DNA of 64,000 bases from Cyanophora paradoxa CCMP329 (lineage: Eukaryota > Plantae > Glaucophyta): contig QPMI01000474.1 of NCBI GenBank assembly GCA_004431415.1, forward strand, positions 78,913 to 142,912, in the 5' to 3' direction. Position 1 is the stretch's first letter. Each line of letters starts with the position of its first letter. The notes beneath the pieces are model-generated. The model saw nothing but the letters and a program-made list of their open reading frames with translations, had not been told where the DNA came from and searched no databases. Positions 63,305 to 64,000 of this stretch are shown one piece after another. The position numbers were made by a program, and so were the translations under genes.

Positions 63305-64000
63305 TTAATAATGCACGAGAATACAGGCTCGAGGCCGCCCGCAAGGGAGGAATTATATAGACAGCAGAAACAGCATCCATATATATAGGAGGGTTGGGTG
63401 GGAGCAAGAAGCGAAGCTGCTATCAAGCAACTCTGAGAGAAGCTGCAGCAGCTGCAGCGATAGCTCACTGCTGCAGCTCTTAGGAAGCTCGTAGGACTTG
63501 TTGCAGGTGCAACAAGTACCCAAGAAGTACTTGTTGCGAAGCAACAGAAGTGTGAATTTATGTAACATATACATTATTCACGCTGTCCGAAGTACGTTAT
63601 ACTACGTTCCTCGTATAACAACTATTCGGACAGCGCTCATTTCGTATATTGCAATTGAGGTATACTTGTACAATTGCCATGAAGAGCAAAAGAGCGAAGG
63701 CCGAGAGCCTGCAGACGAGTGCAAGCCTCTAACGGCACACAGAAGCACACATATATGTGAAATGCGTATGTATAATGCCATCGATGCGTTCGGTCGCCAG
63801 TCAGTGCACGAGCGATTTATGGGGGAGGCGTGCCTGAACTCCAGATGCTTGAACTGCGCAAGGGAAAGAAAAAATGGCGACCGAATCTCCATCTCCGGCG
63901 AGGGAGTATGCACTAGTGCCGTGCGCACTGAAAAGAAATACAGCAACAGATGCCACGCGAGGGCAGAGCTGTCCTGACAATTTGCAAGCAATAAATGTCG

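Larger units (their letters stand above)
60645..64000 (-). mobile_element. DIRS/Ngaro-like tyrosine-recombinase retrotransposon (partial)
   Basis: Order on the minus strand: gag-like region (inferred from position), RT, RNase H, MT-like domain, YR. Confidence 0.88.

Overview
Eukaryotic DNA with three zones. (1) About 1-29.2 kb is very GC-rich, intron-dense protist/algal host sequence. It holds four spliced genes (DUF4062-NACHT-TPR protein, importin-alpha, a Venus-flytrap/Cys-rich/multi-TM receptor, an F-box/LRR protein), a truncated LamG-like gene, three MITEs and non-LTR retroelement fragments. GC-AG introns are frequent. (2) 29209-60644 is an AT-rich endogenous Polinton/Maverick-like dsDNA virus of about 28.5 kb plus a 2.9 kb tandem duplication of its left end. 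It has ~1.15 kb terminal inverted repeats whose outer ~285 bp form an imperfect self-priming-type hairpin. It encodes rve integrase, protein-primed PolB with a degenerate exonuclease, PrimPol-D5 helicase, packaging ATPase, major capsid and two penton-like proteins. Unusual cargo includes a patatin-discoidin fusion, a giant phage-like fibre ending in a peptidase-S74 chaperone, and a pyruvoyl S-adenosylmethionine decarboxylase missed by the ORF track. (3) 60645-64000 is a DIRS/Ngaro-type tyrosine-recombinase retrotransposon whose YR gene is cut by the viral right end. Most viral and DIRS ORFs are broken by 1-bp indels that look like long-read errors, so CDS ends are approximate. All protein calls come from motif recognition by eye, not database searches.
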